DNA of 64,000 bases from Hydrolagus affinis (taxonomy: Eukaryota), in the NCBI GenBank assembly GCA_012026655.1, contig JAAILG010000745.1, forward strand, positions 1 to 64,000, written 5' to 3'. Numbering within the stretch: the stretch's first letter is position 1; every line of letters starts with the position of its first letter. Positions 60,631 to 64,000 of the stretch are shown piece by piece. Made by a program: the position numbers and the translations under genes. Below the pieces are notes generated by a model. It made no database searches. It was not told where the DNA came from and worked only from the letters and a program-made list of their open reading frames with translations.

Positions 60631-62369
60631 TTCAGTTTAAAGTATATTTTGTGCAGCGCTTTGAGACGTATAGAAGATATGAAATGCACTGTATCAAAAG
60701 CAAGGATTATTTTTCATTATTTATCCTCCTGATGTGAAAGATGTTTTATCAAGTGCAAGAATTATTAAAGACTATCATTTATTGCTACAATTTAAGTGCA
60801 GCAAAGAATGATTCAAATCTTGATTATTGCATTAGCATTTAGGAAAAAAACATTGCTCTTTTTCAGCTTGCTCTCAGTTACACTTTGTGACCAAAACAAT
60901 CTCATTGTTTACATATGTGCCTTCGCTTTTGAGTCCAATGATCAGTAAAACATATGACCACCATACAGGCAACTGGAAACTTCTTCATAGAACCATATAA
61001 ATTTATAGCACAGAAACGACCATTCTGCTCATTGGGTCCACCCTGACACTTTTAAGAGCGCTCCTTTCAATCCTAATTTACCTGGCCTTTTGCAAAGTAG
61101 CTTACCTTTCTTTTTAGTTATTAGGGTTCCCAACACCAGCCCAGGAACAGTGTAGTTCAAATGCAACACAGTATAAATACATAACATGGGAATGGCATCG
61201 AGCTTGTTCCCCCATGGTCCAATGATAGCTCTCAATCAGTCGTTGAACCACTCAGAAAGACTGTCTATTGAAGAGTTAAACACGCAGATAACCAAAATCA
61301 TTTCAGCGGTTTTACAGTACTGATATGATGCAATGTGGAGCAAGATGTATAAATTTGTCTTCCAACTCCAATATTATTTTTATAGCAGCTTTATGATCAG
61401 AAGTTTGAATATAGTAAAAGCTGGAAATGCTTGTGAAGTTTTGCATTTGGTGAGCCTTTGAAATGCACTTATCAGCCCATGTTTCTATAAATCGATATTC
61501 TTAGGGCAGAGCAAGTTCTTATAGTATTCTTCTCAGCCTTGCTTGTGTGTAATAAACCAGGTGGGAGAAAGGGGTTAAGAGATAAGAATGAAGTATGTTT
61601 GCCCTTGCTAAGGATTTCTATAAGGCACTCTTCCATGACACTTATTTATTAGGCCACAGTGTTTAGCGTTGCTGTGCCAGTTCATTGTAATTGCAGCACA
61701 TAATGTATGCTCAGAAACGAGCATTGAAGATCAAACCTTACCTTTCCATCTTCTTTGAGAGACATAAAAGAAAACGTATTAACAACAGAATCTATATTTC
61801 ATTTGCACAGTGCTTTTAAAGCCAAACATATTTACTTTCTTTCATTTGCTATTGTAAAGAAAACACATCTATTCTCTTTCAATGCATCTTACAGCATAGA
61901 CTGGGCTTTATGGCAATTTGTCAAAAAATAATTTGGCTGGAGCAGAGATAGCTCATGACTTGCTAAGACAATGCCCCCATAATCAAATACACTTTATGAT
62001 GCTATCATGTTCCATGTAATCTGGATTTGTCAGCACAATAACCATATTTGTCCAATAGAAACACTTAGGCTTTATCTCCCCCATAATATCAGTTCATGAC
62101 TGAGAAAATATTTGCACAAGGAAATGGATTATCAACTAAACGCCTGATATTAAGGGAGCTTTTGAAACAAATGAGGAAAAGTAAATATAAAACACAGAAA
62201 AAAAACACAAGGAAACTAATCTAAAAAAAAGAGAAGCATCAATTTTAAATTGGCATCCTGCCAAGATTCCATTCAAGCCCTTCTAGTCACACCATAAAAT
62301 GTGCTGATGGTATGAAGCTATGTGGGCGGGTTAATAACACAAGGAGGATGCATAATGTTCAGCATGGTG

Positions 62370-62480
62370 TAGAACACTTAAAAAGATAGGCCAAGAAATG
62401 GCAGATGGGTTTTTGTATTGACAAATGCAAAGTCATCAAAAATGGACCAAGAAACAGCAAACATGTGTACACAGTGTAAA
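62370..62480 (+). mobile_element. Old CR1 RT fragment
   Basis: Encodes AKKWQMGFCIDKCKVIKNGPRN, matching the CR1 motif WQMxFNxDKCKVMHxGxxN. Confidence 0.7.
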
Positions 62481-62574
62481 CATCGTCATTAACAGGGGTG
62501 GAGAACAAAAAGGATTTTGATTGTTGATCATTCATTGGAGGTTTGCACAACATGGAAGGATTGTGTCAGCAAAA

Positions 62575-62800
62575 CACTGTCAAGTATTCGGTTGACATTT
62601 AACTGTACGGCTTTTCGAATAAGAGGTTAAACTGAGGCTCACTTGTCTATGCATGCAGATGTTGAAGATTTCATGACATCTGGTTTCTTGCCAATAGTTC
62701 ACTCATATTCAGCTTCACCAGAACTACAGATGAATAGGTCATTGAATTCAATATTGTTGTCAAAGATTTGGTGCAATATTTGCTTGTAAAATAAGTTATT
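62575..62800 (+). mobile_element. Highly decayed DeuSINE fragment
   Basis: TTTTCGAATAAGAGGTTAAACTGAGGCTC...GATGTTGAAGATTTCATGAC. Confidence 0.6.
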
Positions 62801-63084
62801 ACTCTTAAAAATAACTAATTGTTAGAAACATTGGGAGACATTTCAAAGTGTTATGGAAAAATGTGTAATGTAGGTAGATTTAAGCTACCCTAACTTCACA
62901 TTTAATATTGGAGCATTAGAGGGAGTTTAGAGAAAAATAATAGATTTGGTTAAATAATTTATTGGAGCTTTAGAATATGAGGAATGAACTTTTCCTCATA
63001 AGAAAGAAATAAGAGAGGGAACATGAGCCAGGTCATTAGAATGATGAAGCTGAGATGGGTTAGATGAAAACAAGCTACTATATT

Positions 63085-63258
63085 TATAATAATAATAAAA
63101 ATCCATGCATTTAGTATAACTCTTTTCACACCTTCTGGATGCCTCAAAGGATGCCTCTGGATACACAATATACTGTAAAGTGAATTGACTGTATATTTTG
63201 TGGGTGAAAAGCGGCTGCCAATTGCACACAGCAGTGATCCATAAACAGTCATGGATTG
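63085..63258 (-). mobile_element. SINE family A 3' half
   Basis: ATATACTGTAAAGTGAATTGACTGTATATTTTGTGGG...AAACAGTCATGGATTG. Confidence 0.88.
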
Positions 63259-63359
63259 TTTTTTTTAACTATATATGCTAACTATAATATATTTATATAC
63301 TGTACTGTATTTGAGACCAGATATACTGGGCATTAATATAAAATTAATATTACAAAGGT

Positions 63360-63556
63360 GAGAGGCCAAATATTCCACCTTGCCTTGGTCTGTAAGACCA
63401 ATTACTTTTAGTGCTTAAGAATGTGCAGAATCATGGATTTTTTTTAAAAAAAATTCTGTCTTAATTTGGAAGCCAGTTGTTTTAAGAACTGCAGAAAAAC
63501 TAACTTCCAAATTAAAACTCAATTTAACAATTTTCCGCAATTCTACATCATGTTAA
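63360..63556. repeat. Hairpin family H copy
   Basis: TTAATTTGGAAGCCAGTT / AACTAACTTCCAAATTAA arms around TTTAAGAACTGCAG. The outer sequence TTCCACCT...AGAATGTGCAGAAT matches the left arm of 56761-57006. Confidence 0.62.
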
Positions 63557-64000
63557 ATTTTAAAACAAAATGTTTGCTCCCACAGAGTAGAGGATATGTG
63601 ATATGTGATCACACCAATGAAAGCAGTTGATGGTTTGTTGACTAATTCCTTCCTAAAAAGCCTGGTTAAATATTTGCTTGAAAACAGCATTTAAAGGTAC
63701 AATACAGGGAAATGTGCAAAGCAGAAACTGTAAAAAAAAAATTTAGCTCCTAATATTTTGCTCCAGGCATCATGAAACAGACTGTCAGATATGAACAACC
63801 ACCAAACTTGGTAAATTTACAATCAGTAGAATAATGTGTCAATTTTGCCTATGAAATACACAATAATTATTCCACCTTGGAGTAAATCTTGTGACCTGCT
63901 TTTCGATATCCCCTTGATGTGAGGGGCACTAAATCAAATGTGAGGATTATCATAATAATTTCCAACGGCGGAATAAACCAGGGAAGAAGAAAAGGTCATT

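Larger units (their letters stand above)
60266..60720 (+). mobile_element. SINE family A, full length, interrupted by a Penelope-like insert
   Basis: The head GGAGTCCTAAAGCTTAGTGGTTAGAGCACTCGCC runs to CACTTTACAATAT; the tail resumes at 60631. Confidence 0.9.

Overview
64 kb of AT-rich, CpG-depleted vertebrate genomic DNA with no host protein-coding exon, rRNA or genuine tRNA gene that I can support. The repeat mix (L2 and CR1 LINE fragments, Deu-domain tRNA-SINEs, Penelope-type termini) suggests a cartilaginous fish, possibly a chimaera; this is inference. Every recognisable ORF is a decayed LINE reverse-transcriptase piece (L2 at about 10.6-12.1 kb and 34.1-35.2 kb; CR1 at 1-265 and 53955-54578). 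There is one 100-N gap at 10315-10414. Repeat-poor, homeobox-motif-rich blocks between the repeats look like conserved non-coding elements of a gene desert or large intron. The most notable observations are: (i) two short Penelope-like inserts carrying minimal hammerhead ribozyme motifs, each flanked by a 12-15 bp target duplication and inserted at nearly the same position and orientation in SINE 3' tails; (ii) a young SINE combining a tRNA head, a CORE-like domain and a DeuSINE/L2 tail; (iii) a four-copy hairpin family of about 200-250 bp; (iv) a Tigger-like MITE nested inside another. Family names come from my recognition of consensus motifs, not from database searches, and most boundaries are approximate.
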